This document shows positions 33,747 through 43,663 of a stretch of DNA of 64,000 bases, piece by piece. Origin of the DNA: an uncultured cyanobacterium (GTDB lineage: Bacteria > Cyanobacteriota > Cyanobacteriia > Cyanobacteriales > Cyanobacteriaceae); NCBI GenBank assembly GCA_963749915.1, contig CAVVOP010000008.1, positions 96,001-160,000 of the forward strand, in the 5' to 3' direction. Each line of letters begins with the position of its first letter. Positions within the stretch are counted from its first letter, which is position 1. The translations under genes were made by a program, and so were the position numbers. The notes under the pieces were generated by a model, which was given only the letters and a program-made list of their open reading frames with translations, was not told the DNA's origin and did no database searches.

Positions 33747-35309
33747 CTCATCGTTCGCTTAAATAAAATCAGATAACTGACAAAAAAAGGTTAAAATCTG
33801 GACTGGATAAAGCATTAAGCAACATGGAGTCAAAAGATTATTCCACAAATCCAGTCAGAACGAGTAGATGATTTACCATTAATTATCTATTGGCTAACAC
33901 AAATGAATATTGCCGCAATCATCGATGAAAATTTATTGACACCTCATGGTAATCGCAAAGGATTAAGTTATGGTCAACTAGCTGTATTATTACTCACGTA
34001 TATTATCAGTGAAGCAGACCATCGCCTTTGTTGTCTAGAAAAATGGGTTAATGACCATCATCACAGTCTTTCAGCCATAACAGGATGGAACATAGCCGAA
34101 AAAGATGCTACAGATGACCGTTGCGGAGACTTGTTAAAAACCATTGGAATTAGTGGTGAGCAAAGCATTCCTACGATGGAAACATCCCTATCGAAGCATT
34201 TAATCAAAGCTTATGAATTACCAACCCAAAAAGCCCGAAGCGATACTACAAGTTTTGCGGTATATCATCAAACATCAGAAACAGAGCAAGAATCATCTTT
34301 GATAAAATTCGGTTACAGTAAAGATAAACGACCAGATTTACAACAATATCGTCAAATGTTGGGTACATTAGATCCCTGTGGAATGCCATTAGTGGGTGCG
34401 ACTTTAGCTGGTAATGGCACAATCGGGCAAAAATCAATGAAGAGGGAGGAATCTATTGTTTCCCGTCGTTTACTCAAAGGGGAAAAAGCTTTAGCTACCT
34501 TAGCACAGCGACCTGGAAATGAGGAGCAAGTATTATGTAGGAAAGTAGAAGAGATACTAAAAAGCAATCGGATTCTCAAAATACATGGAATATTCAATCG
34601 AAAAAAAGATGAGTTATGACAAGGTGTATCAAGGATTTGGAAATCGTTCTGAATCGTCATCGCTTTGAGGGTGTTTACCCTGATGGAATTTGTAGTTCGC
34701 CGTGAATTACATCAATCTCAATCAAGTTTAGCAGGTCTTTATGATGGTAATCCTAAACGCAGTACTAATCGTCCCACCGCCGAAAAATTATTACGGGCTT
34801 TCTGTAACATAAATTTATATAGACATCGAGATGGTTCGCAAGAAATATCGGCATTGAATATGTTGCAAAAACAGATATTAAGTTTGATGAAAGTACCAGA
34901 GTATATTTATACTAACTTAGCCAGTGATTCGGGTTAAACTACAGTGAAATACGCAGATGGGCAATCAAAGAGGAAATGATTAGCGTATTTTAGACAATAA
35001 TAAAAAAGGGAAAAATAATTAAATTGGAGGAAAATCCCAATACATTTCTCCTGCCCACAAAAAAACTTCATGTTGAGTCAATCAATCTCCTTTTATTGTA
35101 GTATTGATTACACTAACTGATTTTTGTGGTGTAGCCCAAGTCTGATAATTTTTATTTTTGAGAGTAAGTTATAGTATCAAAATCGCTAACAAAAATCATC
35201 TCCCCTACCTTCTATACTTCGTTGCTACTTTTTTGGCTAAAATCCTTATCTATTAAACATTTGAAGTTATTTTTCAAATTTTTACTTTTTCAAATAAGCG
35301 AACAATGAG
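33747..35309 (+). mobile_element. IS1634-family element, internally deleted, with intact ends
   Basis: TIRs CTCATCGTTCGCTTA and TAAGCGAACAATGAG; 6-bp TSD TTAAGA at 33741-33746 and 35310-35315. Confidence 0.85.
33823..34937 (+). pseudogene. IS1634-family transposase, frameshifted and deleted
   Basis: ERVDDLPL, SDTTS, FGYSKDKRPDL and GLYDGNPKRSTNRPTAEKLL, spread over different frames with the middle missing. Confidence 0.85.
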
Positions 35310-35370
35310 TTAAGATTGTCGATCAGAAATGGTAACATGGGAACCGAAACACAGCACAAATCATCCCACT

Positions 35371-35600
35371 ATGAATAAAAAATTAACCATTACTCTTGAT
35401 GAAAAAATCTATGATGGGCTTCATAGAATTGTTAGTCAGGATGCTGTTAGTTAGTTTATCGAAGATTTGTTGCGGCCCTATGTTATAAAAGAAGATCTAG
35501 AAGTTGCTTATCAGCAGATGGCGATGGATGAGGAGAGGGGAAGGACTGCCCTAGAATGGTCTGAGGCTATGATTGGAGACGTTGGCGATGAAACAAACGT
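35371..35600 (+). pseudogene. Antitoxin of a MazF/PemK module, nonsense-mutated
   Basis: MNKKLTITLDEKIYDGLHRIVSQDAVS*FIEDLLRP..ALEWSEAMIGD, with in-frame TAG at 35452-35454. Confidence 0.75.
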
Positions 35601-35838
35601 GGTGAGGTTCGGTGGGTTAATTTTGAGCCTTCTATTGGTGGGGAAATAAGAAAAAGAAGACCTGCTATCATTGTCAGTAATGATATCGCTAATAGAAATC
35701 TTAATCGAGTTCAAGTATTACCTGTTACAAGTAATGTAGCCCGTGTTTATCCTCGTGATGCCCTTGTGGTTATAAATGACCGTCAAGGAAAGGCAATGGC
35801 TGATCAGTTAACCACGGTGTCGAAGTTTATGTATTAAC
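35588..35838 (+). pseudogene. mazF: MazF/PemK toxin, frameshifted and truncated
   Basis: Removing one AAAC of ATG-AAAC-AAAC-GT gives MKRGEVRWVNFEPSIGGEIRKRRPAIIVSND..PVTS..MADQLTTVSK, which then stops early. Confidence 0.85.
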
Positions 35839-35973
35839 GTAAATATGTTGTTTCAGGCTTTTGGAGGTCGCTTTTGATAGCTGGCGATCGCCAAAATATG
35901 ATTGAAAAATCTAGCCACAAGCCTTGAAAAATATACCTGTTATTTCGGCTTTTCTGTCAATGCGTAAGTCCTA
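35821..35973. repeat. MITE/REP-like element ending TGCGTAAGTCCTA
   Basis: The right end matches a common cyanobacterial TAGGACTTACGCA-type terminus and the left end is degenerate. It coincides with the mazF truncation. Confidence 0.45.
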
Positions 35974-36010
35974 ATCTTAATTTAACTTGAGTTAAATCTG
36001 AACATTTAAT

Positions 36011-38647
36011 TTATAGCCAATTACCAATAAGAACAAAAGATGACCAGAAATAGGGATGTTTATGAACCGGATTTCGCATAACTCGAATTTGTGCTTGTCT
36101 TAAGGCTTCTGCTTTACTAATTTTCCCAGTTGCTAATTGTTGATAAAAGGCGATCATTAGTTCTGATGTGGCCTCATCGCTAACAGGCCACAAACTACCC
36201 AAGGTACTTCTTGCACCAGATCGCAGAGCAAATCCAGCCAAACCCAGGGTCGCACGATCGTCCCCTTCTGCGGTTTGACAGGCACTCATTACCAATAGTT
36301 CAATCGGTTTAAGGATACCGACCCTCCTTTTTTGAAAGAGAAGATCAAAGTCTTGGAGCGAAATGCGATCGCTCCACGTCAAAAGGAAAGTCTCGTCGGG
36401 GTTAGAACTAAATTGTCCGTGAGTAGCAAGGTGAACAATGGAGAAATCTTGATTATTGAGGGCTATGGTAAAACTATCATGGGTAAAATTCTGATTAAGT
36501 AACACTTCAGGGGTGTTAACTTCTTGGGATATTTCCTCAATTTCAGCGGCTACTCCAGGTAACGCATTAAATCCCTGGCGTGCTTCGGTTAAACCCACAG
36601 CTAACATACTCAAGTCTTGTCTTTGTAATCCCTGGGGAAATAATTGTAAACCGGGGCTAAGGGCGATACTGAATTTTTCAATAAGATATTTATCGCCATC
36701 GAAAAGAGCAGACATCGGTATATTTCTGAGCAACCTATCGGGAATAAAAACTAAGGTTTTGATCTCATTGTTATTTAGGTCTATTTCCGCTGGTTTAATT
36801 AACCAATCATAAATTTGTTGGGAAAGCTGCCAATGTAAGTCACGCGGATAACCAGGAGAAAAAGAGGAATAAAATTCTTCAACTGTTGCTTCTACATCTT
36901 CATTAGCTAAAAAGGTAGTATAATGGCGTAATGGTTGTTTTGGTAGCGATAAAATCACCTCAAGCCTATCTTTCAAGATAATCGGATAAATAACGGCTGC
37001 TGAGGTATCAATTTCCTCAATTGCTACAGGACGAGTATCTAAACAAGCATCCCGGAAAAAGTTATCTAATTCCTCTATTTGCAATGCTTCCATTACTTCA
37101 CGGGCTTGTTTAAGATTGGTTTGAGTCACTTCTCCTTGATCTGTGGAGGGAGCTAATAATAAACTGACGTAATCTCGATAAATTGGCTCAATACTCTCTT
37201 TAAAAGAGAATTGTATATCTGAATTAATTGCGACTAAGTCACTACGGAGATTTTGAAGATTAGTAAAAGCGATGTAGTAAGCGGCGATCGCACTATCTGG
37301 CTCTCCTCTTTGTGTTAGGATCTTCCCCAACTGACTGGCTGCACGGGCTGTGATATCAACGGCATTAATCGTTTGAGCAATATCTAAACTCTGTTGTGTC
37401 AACTGTTGAGCGTCAGCCAATTCTCCAGCTTCCAGATAAACTTTCCCCAATTGATGTAAGCTATATGCTTCTGCTCTCGAATCCTGAATTTGTTTAGCTT
37501 CTTGAATTGCTTTTGCTAATATTTGGGCTGTTTTTTGATTATTGATAGCGGAAAAACTTCCACTGCTTTTGCCAACTTGGGAAATTTTAGTGAGGCTTTG
37601 TGCTAAATTAATTTCGGCGTAAATTCGAGGGCGACTAGGGGATAATTGGGCTAATTTGTCCTCAATATCAGGGATTAAATCCAGAGCAGGTTGCCATCTT
37701 TCCAATGCGACTAACATACTCAATTGATTAAGTTGTGCTTCCACTTGAGTCAGCTTATCAGGGGATAATTGAGCAGATTCTTGGTAATATGTCCAAGCTA
37801 CCCCATACTCCTCTAAATCTCTGGCAACATTACCAATGGCAAACAAAGCAGCACTAACATCCGTTGGCGATTGTAATTGTTTGCTTAGTTGCCAACTTTC
37901 TTCTAAAACTGCCTTAGATTGCTGAAGATCACCAGTAGCTTGTAGTGCTATCCCTAGACTTCTTAATCCCTGAGCTTTAATCAGATTGTCGGGTTGTTTT
38001 TGTAGTTCTGTAACTGATTGCTCTAAAATGGCTTTAGCCCTACGATACTGCCCCAAAGCTTGTAATGCTTGAGATTTATTGATATTACTAATTGATTTAC
38101 CTGTTTGATCATCATTACTTTGATAGATTTTTGCCGCTTGTTCCCAAGTATTCAAAGCTGTCTGAGTTTGTCCCTGGGATAATTGTAGTATTCCCTGAAT
38201 GTTTAATGCTTGAGCCAAAAGTAAATCACTCTTGGCATCTCGTTTTGTTTGGCTTTGGAGTAAATCAAGACTCATTGTAACCATACTTTGAGCCTTTGTT
38301 TGTTTACCCAAATCTTTATATCCTAATGCTAAATAATTAAGTGTCTGAATTTGACTAATTTTTGACCCTTGCTGCTGCTGATATTCCTCAAGTGCATTTT
38401 CCCAAACTTGAACAGCCTCAGCAAATTGTCCATTTCGGTAGTATTGTTTACCCTTTTGTAACAATTGTCTAGAATCAGATAATTCTTCTTGCCCTATTTC
38501 CTGTTGAGCTAATAAATTTAGTTCATAAGCCATAGCAGGATTAGCTTTAGCGATTAATGATACATGACATCCTAAATAACCAGATAATAGCCATGACAGT
38601 TTAGGCTTAAACTGAAAAATATTATTCAAAAATTTGGGATTATTCAT
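36011..38647 (-). CDS. TPR-CHAT (caspase-like) protease, probably exported
   Basis: TPR-like helices, ELDNFFRDAC, HLATHGQF (His), LVMSACQTA (Cys), SLWPVSD and HPYFWSSF. ATG at 38647 preferred, followed by a signal-like NPAMA. The upstream extension reads through heptamer repeats. Confidence 0.92.
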   Translation of the reverse strand: MNNPKFLNNIFQFKPKLSWLLSGYLGCHVSLIAKANPAMAYELNLLAQQEIGQEELSDSRQLLQKGKQYYRNGQFAEAVQVWENALEEYQQQQGSKISQIQTLNYLALGYKDLGKQTKAQSMVTMSLDLLQSQTKRDAKSDLLLAQALNIQGILQLSQGQTQTALNTWEQAAKIYQSNDDQTGKSISNINKSQALQALGQYRRAKAILEQSVTELQKQPDNLIKAQGLRSLGIALQATGDLQQSKAVLEESWQLSKQLQSPTDVSAALFAIGNVARDLEEYGVAWTYYQESAQLSPDKLTQVEAQLNQLSMLVALERWQPALDLIPDIEDKLAQLSPSRPRIYAEINLAQSLTKISQVGKSSGSFSAINNQKTAQILAKAIQEAKQIQDSRAEAYSLHQLGKVYLEAGELADAQQLTQQSLDIAQTINAVDITARAASQLGKILTQRGEPDSAIAAYYIAFTNLQNLRSDLVAINSDIQFSFKESIEPIYRDYVSLLLAPSTDQGEVTQTNLKQAREVMEALQIEELDNFFRDACLDTRPVAIEEIDTSAAVIYPIILKDRLEVILSLPKQPLRHYTTFLANEDVEATVEEFYSSFSPGYPRDLHWQLSQQIYDWLIKPAEIDLNNNEIKTLVFIPDRLLRNIPMSALFDGDKYLIEKFSIALSPGLQLFPQGLQRQDLSMLAVGLTEARQGFNALPGVAAEIEEISQEVNTPEVLLNQNFTHDSFTIALNNQDFSIVHLATHGQFSSNPDETFLLTWSDRISLQDFDLLFQKRRVGILKPIELLVMSACQTAEGDDRATLGLAGFALRSGARSTLGSLWPVSDEATSELMIAFYQQLATGKISKAEALRQAQIRVMRNPVHKHPYFWSSFVLIGNWL

Positions 38648-38711
38648 GGATTGGTTTTCTAGCTTAATTAATTCAGAAAATAATATTTTAATTGATTGTA
38701 TGTTGCAAATT

Positions 38712-38752
38712 CTGCCTTCTGCCCTCTGCCCTCTGCTTCCTGCCTCCTGCCT
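38712..38752. repeat. Heptamer short tandem repeat (CTGCC[CT][CT]-like)
   Basis: ctgccttctgccctctgccctctgcttcctgcctcctgcct. Confidence 0.8.
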
Positions 38753-38900
38753 TACTCTCGACCACATTGATATTTTCCAAAACCCTCGCAGTCTTGAGTT
38801 GGAATTCATCAACAGAATTGAGAAAAGGATTATTATTACTTAACCATCTCATTAGGGATAATTGGCGCCTAGAATTAATTATATTGCGATCGATTTTATT

Positions 38901-40616
38901 ATGACACAACCTGATTTTTTATCGATATTTTATGCTTTATGTCTGGTTTCAATCACTACACCAATTGCCGCTCAAACTGTTCCTCAACCAGTGCGTCCCC
39001 TATTTCCTCGACCAGTGCGTCCGTCATTTCCTCAACCAGTGCGTCCGCCATTGGAACCTTTACCGGAACCATCAACTCTACCACCTCTGGAAGACTTGCT
39101 GCCACAGTTAAAAGCACCCAGTGGTGAATCACAAACACCACAGTTAGATATTCCCGGAACAATTGTGGTTAGACAATTTGAAGTAATTGGTAGTACTATT
39201 TTTAGTCAGTCAGAACTGACAGAATTACTCAAGCCTTATACTAATCGTCCCCTTTCTTTTGCTGAACTAATGCAAGCACAAGAGGCTGTCACTCAGCTAT
39301 ATATTAACAAAGGATACATTACCACTGGCTCTTTTATTCCTCCTCAAACCCTAAAAGACGGCATAGTGAAAATTGAAGTAGTAGAGGGCTCAGTAGAGAA
39401 AATTGAGGTGAAAGGACTCAAGCGACTCCCCACCAGCTACATCACTAGCCGACTGGAGAAGGCAACTAAAGCACCCCTCAACCAAGAGAAACTCCTGGAA
39501 GCCTTACAAATGCTTCAGCTCAACCCTTTAATTGAGAGGTTATCTGCAGAACTAAGTACGGGAACTAGCCCGGGAAGGGACATTTTAACAGTGGAGATCA
39601 AGCAAGCTTCCGCCTTTGCTGCTAGTCTGAGATTTGATAATGAAAGAGTCCCCTCTGTGGGCAGTGATCGACGTATAATTGAACTCACCCACGGTAATCT
39701 CTTGGGGATTGGCGATCGCCTCAACGTCAGATACTATAACACCAATGGCTCGAACGCCTTGGACGATCTCAGTTATACCATTCCTGTTAATCCTGCCAAC
39801 GGCACTCTCAGCTTCACTTACCGCTTAATTGATAGTAGAGTTATTGAAGAACCCTTTAATGAGCTCGATTTAGAATCAGATTTTCGGCAATACTCCTTTA
39901 CCTACCGCCAACCAATTCTTCAAACTCCTAATCAAGAATTGGCCTTGGGCTTAACCTTCGACAGGCAGACATCAAATATTAATCTTTTAGATAACCTTTT
40001 AAAGGGAGAAACCAGAATTTCTGCCCTGCGTTTTTTCCAAGAATACTCTTGGCGAAGCACTCAAGACGTTTTTGCACTGCGATCGCAATTTAGTGTCGGA
40101 CTGGAAGGTTTCCAAACCACTCTCAATGCTGACAAAACTGACGAGGGATTTTTTGTTTGGCGGGGGCAAGCCCAGTATATCCGTTTACTATCACCAGGTA
40201 CTATCCTCTTGTTGAGGTCCGACTTACAACTAGCAGATCGACCCTTAATTCCTATCGAACAGTTTAGCCTAGGAGGTGCTCTTACAGTCAGGGGTTATCG
40301 TCAAGATCTTTTGCTAGCGGATAACGGGTTCTTCGCTTCAGCAGAAATACGCACTCCTATTTTGCGAATTCCCGAATGGCAGACAACTTTTCAGTTAACT
40401 CCCTTTATTGATGTTGGTACTACCTGGAATAATGATGATATCCCAGTAATACCCCGTCGAAGTCTTTATTCTGTGGGCATAGGCTTACGGGTGGAAGTTG
40501 GCAATAATTTTAATGCCCGACTAGATTGGGGTATCCCTTTAGCAGATGTAAATATAGATAAGGATACACTACAAGAAAATGGCATTTACTTCGTAATTGA
40601 ATATAAACCTTTTTAA
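38901..40616 (+). CDS. ShlB/FhaC/HecB (TpsB) two-partner-secretion outer-membrane protein
   Basis: Signal peptide, Pro-rich linker (PVRP x3), POTRA (YINKGYITTG), GGALTVRGY, and C-terminal aromatic residue. Confidence 0.93.
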   Translation: MTQPDFLSIFYALCLVSITTPIAAQTVPQPVRPLFPRPVRPSFPQPVRPPLEPLPEPSTLPPLEDLLPQLKAPSGESQTPQLDIPGTIVVRQFEVIGSTIFSQSELTELLKPYTNRPLSFAELMQAQEAVTQLYINKGYITTGSFIPPQTLKDGIVKIEVVEGSVEKIEVKGLKRLPTSYITSRLEKATKAPLNQEKLLEALQMLQLNPLIERLSAELSTGTSPGRDILTVEIKQASAFAASLRFDNERVPSVGSDRRIIELTHGNLLGIGDRLNVRYYNTNGSNALDDLSYTIPVNPANGTLSFTYRLIDSRVIEEPFNELDLESDFRQYSFTYRQPILQTPNQELALGLTFDRQTSNINLLDNLLKGETRISALRFFQEYSWRSTQDVFALRSQFSVGLEGFQTTLNADKTDEGFFVWRGQAQYIRLLSPGTILLLRSDLQLADRPLIPIEQFSLGGALTVRGYRQDLLLADNGFFASAEIRTPILRIPEWQTTFQLTPFIDVGTTWNNDDIPVIPRRSLYSVGIGLRVEVGNNFNARLDWGIPLADVNIDKDTLQENGIYFVIEYKPF

Positions 40617-40728
40617 CCTACTATTGCCCTGTCTTCTCCAGGCATGGGAGTGTCAATTTGCTAGGGCTCAGATTATTGCCAATTAATAACCAAATATTAA
40701 CTATTCATAACAATTAGACAAGGTACCC

Positions 40729-40776
40729 GTGTAAAAATACTTGTGTAAAAAATACTTGCGTAAAAATACTTGCGTA
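40729..40776 (+). promoter_or_regulatory. Triple 14/15-bp direct repeat upstream of the RTX adhesin gene
   Basis: GTGTAAAAATACTT, GTGTAAAAAATACTT, GCGTAAAAATACTT, then GCGTA. Confidence 0.5.
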
Positions 40777-40966
40777 TAAGCAATTTTAGACGGGAACTAT
40801 AGAAAAAAATTATCGACCTGTTTATCAAATCTTCATCAAAAACACTGGTAAATCTCACTCAATTTAAGATATCTTAATTCATAGTAGATATCTTAATCAA
40901 GTAAGAAATTACTTTTAAGTACATAAGTAAAATCAACCAGAGGAATTAACAGAGGGTTTATAAATT

Positions 40967-43645
40967 ATGTCTTTTAAATCTAAATCCGGCAAAATAAGTG
41001 GACAAAAATTTGAAGATCTCAATGGTAATGGCGTTAAAGATGGAGAAGAATCGGGATTAGCCGGTTGGATAATCTTTATTGACGCGGATAATGATGGGAT
41101 TTTAGATACAGACGAGATTAGTACTACCACTAATAACCATGGTAACTACAGTTTTACAAATTTAACTGCTGGAAATTACACCATCAGAGAGGTTCAACAA
41201 CCAGGTTGGATACAGACAACTCCTAATCCTCCTGTTATTACTATTCAAAGTAGAACAACAGAAACAGGTGTTGATTTCGGGAACTTTAAGCTAGGTAGTA
41301 TCAGTGGACAAAAATTTGAAGATCTCAATGGCAATAAACATAAAGATAACGGAGAACCGGGATTAGCCGGTTGGACAATTTTTATTGATGCTAATAATAA
41401 TGGGAAGTTGGACAAATATGAACCTAGGACCCATACCGATTCTCATGGGAACTATATTTTTAAAAGATTAAAAGCCGGAAATTATACTATTAGAGAAGTT
41501 CTACAAGAAGGTTGGATAAAGACAACTCCTAATCCTCCTGTTATTACTATTCAAAGTAGAACAACAGAAACAGGTGTTGATTTCGGGAACTTTAAGCTAG
41601 GTAGTATCAGTGGACAAAAATTTGAAGATCTCAATGGCAATAAACATAAAGATAACGGAGAACCGGGGTTAGCCGGTTGGACAATCTTTATTGATGCGGA
41701 TAATGATGGGATTTTAGATACAGGCGAAATTAGTACTATTACCAACGACTATGGCAACTACAGTTTTACAAATTTAACTGCTGGAAATTATACCATCAGA
41801 GAAGTTCAACAAACAGGTTGGCAACAAACTACATCTGATCCCAAAGCTATTGAGATTCTGAGTGGTATGGATGTATTCAATATTGATTTTGGTAATAACC
41901 GTCAAACAACAGATTTACAACTTACTAAAGAATTTATTCCCACATTTAAAGATCAATTAAAGATTGCTACTTATGGAGAAAATCTCTCTTTTACCCTGAC
42001 AGCTAAAAATAATGGTTCTATTACTGCTGAAAATGTTGTCATTACTGATCAAATCTCTCAATTAGAAAATATTCAAATTATTGATACAACTACTGGCTTA
42101 CCCTTAGCTGAAGAATACTGGTATCTAGATTCTAGCAATACTCTACAAATCTCAATTCCTGAACTTGCCGGTGATGAGGAGGTCACATTTACTGTTAGTG
42201 GAGATGTTATTGTACCTGAAGAATTAGTTATCTTCAATTTCTTTGGTCAACTAGCAAATGATAATCCAGCACTCCAAGAATACAGTGCTACTGTGGTTCG
42301 TGGAACTCAATATCTTGATACAAACTTGGTTAAGGAAGAAGGTTCATTAAGCGTTGAATTTAATTACAATAGTCTTACTAATACTGCCACTATTGATGCT
42401 GATAATATCTTTGATCTAGATCCCAGCAATAATGAAAGTAGCGATACCGCTGAAGTGGCTCGTGCTAAATATGAAGGCACATTACAAAATGGACAAACTT
42501 TTGAACTATTTGCCATTGAGTCTCTCTCCAGTGGATTGCCGTTCGTTATAGAGCTTGGTAGTTACGCTACAGGAAGTGGGGGTGGTTATGGAAATGAATC
42601 TGAGTTTCTTCCTCCTGGTGAATTAGGTCTATTTAAGCTTGATTTATTTTGGGATTTTGTTATGCCAGATGGATCCCTTGATACATTTGAGGGCTTATCA
42701 GATCCACAAGAAGTTCTTAATTTTCTTGAAGCAGTAATTGCAGGGGGAGAGGTTAATCCAGATAATTTTACGAGTAGTTCGTTACAATTAACCAATAATG
42801 ATGGGGAGATCGAAAATACTGAATTTGCACAAGGTCAATTTACTCCAGACTTAGAAGGAGCAACTGTTGTTACTATCGTAGTTAATGAAGGTGAATCTTT
42901 ACAGGACGCATTAGATAATCTCGCTCCTGCTGGAAGCTTGTCAGTTTTAAAGATTGTGGTACAAGGTTCAGTAACAGAAACAGAATTACAACAACTGAGT
43001 TTCAATTATAAAGGTTATTTTGTTACAGAATTGCAAATTCAGGGCGACTCAACTACTTTCGCCTCAGGAAATCAGGGTGCAAGTATTGATTTATCTTTGA
43101 TTGAAGTAATTTTAACAGGAGAAGATAATTCTTCCCTTACTCTAACAGGAGAAGATAATCCTTCCCTTACTATAATGGGAGGTAATGCTAAAGATAGCAT
43201 TACAGGAAGCAGTTTAGCAGAAAGGATTGATGGAGATAATGGTAAAGATGAAATAGTTGGTGGGCTTGGTAATGATACTCTAATTGGTGGAAAAGGAAAA
43301 GATCTCTTGCGTGGTGATGGTGGTGATGATCTCCTAGTTGGGGGTGCGGGGGCAGATGTCCTGCGGGGTAGTTTTGGAGAAGATACTCTCATTGGTGGAG
43401 ATTTACATCTTCGTCACGTTGGCGGTGACATCTATGTTTTAGAAGACAATGCTGGTTTAGATACGGTAAAAGGCTATGCTAAGACGGATGCAATTGGGCT
43501 ATTGGACATTAATCAAAATGACCTAACTTTAACAGTACAAGGTAGTGATACGATGATTAGTCTTAATGGTGAGGATTTAATGCTGATTAAGGGTGTTTCT
43601 AATACCAGTGATATTAGCTTTACCACCAACTTCTCATTTATTTAA
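40967..43645 (+). CDS. Surface protein: three SdrD-B/Cna-B repeats, DUF11-like domain and RTX Ca-binding repeats
   Basis: ISGQKFEDLNGN x3 at a 306-bp period, DLQLTK..N.G and GGxGxDxL nonapeptides. No Sec signal, consistent with type I secretion. Confidence 0.9.
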   Translation: MSFKSKSGKISGQKFEDLNGNGVKDGEESGLAGWIIFIDADNDGILDTDEISTTTNNHGNYSFTNLTAGNYTIREVQQPGWIQTTPNPPVITIQSRTTETGVDFGNFKLGSISGQKFEDLNGNKHKDNGEPGLAGWTIFIDANNNGKLDKYEPRTHTDSHGNYIFKRLKAGNYTIREVLQEGWIKTTPNPPVITIQSRTTETGVDFGNFKLGSISGQKFEDLNGNKHKDNGEPGLAGWTIFIDADNDGILDTGEISTITNDYGNYSFTNLTAGNYTIREVQQTGWQQTTSDPKAIEILSGMDVFNIDFGNNRQTTDLQLTKEFIPTFKDQLKIATYGENLSFTLTAKNNGSITAENVVITDQISQLENIQIIDTTTGLPLAEEYWYLDSSNTLQISIPELAGDEEVTFTVSGDVIVPEELVIFNFFGQLANDNPALQEYSATVVRGTQYLDTNLVKEEGSLSVEFNYNSLTNTATIDADNIFDLDPSNNESSDTAEVARAKYEGTLQNGQTFELFAIESLSSGLPFVIELGSYATGSGGGYGNESEFLPPGELGLFKLDLFWDFVMPDGSLDTFEGLSDPQEVLNFLEAVIAGGEVNPDNFTSSSLQLTNNDGEIENTEFAQGQFTPDLEGATVVTIVVNEGESLQDALDNLAPAGSLSVLKIVVQGSVTETELQQLSFNYKGYFVTELQIQGDSTTFASGNQGASIDLSLIEVILTGEDNSSLTLTGEDNPSLTIMGGNAKDSITGSSLAERIDGDNGKDEIVGGLGNDTLIGGKGKDLLRGDGGDDLLVGGAGADVLRGSFGEDTLIGGDLHLRHVGGDIYVLEDNAGLDTVKGYAKTDAIGLLDINQNDLTLTVQGSDTMISLNGEDLMLIKGVSNTSDISFTTNFSFI

Positions 43646-43663
43646 GATGTTGATAAAAACTCA

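Noticed and set aside
38648..38900. Long N-terminal extensions of CHAT (38812) and TpsB (38862), and small ORFs here
   Set aside because: The CHAT extension and small ORFs read through heptamer repeats and rely on non-ATG starts; downstream ATGs give signal-like N-termini.
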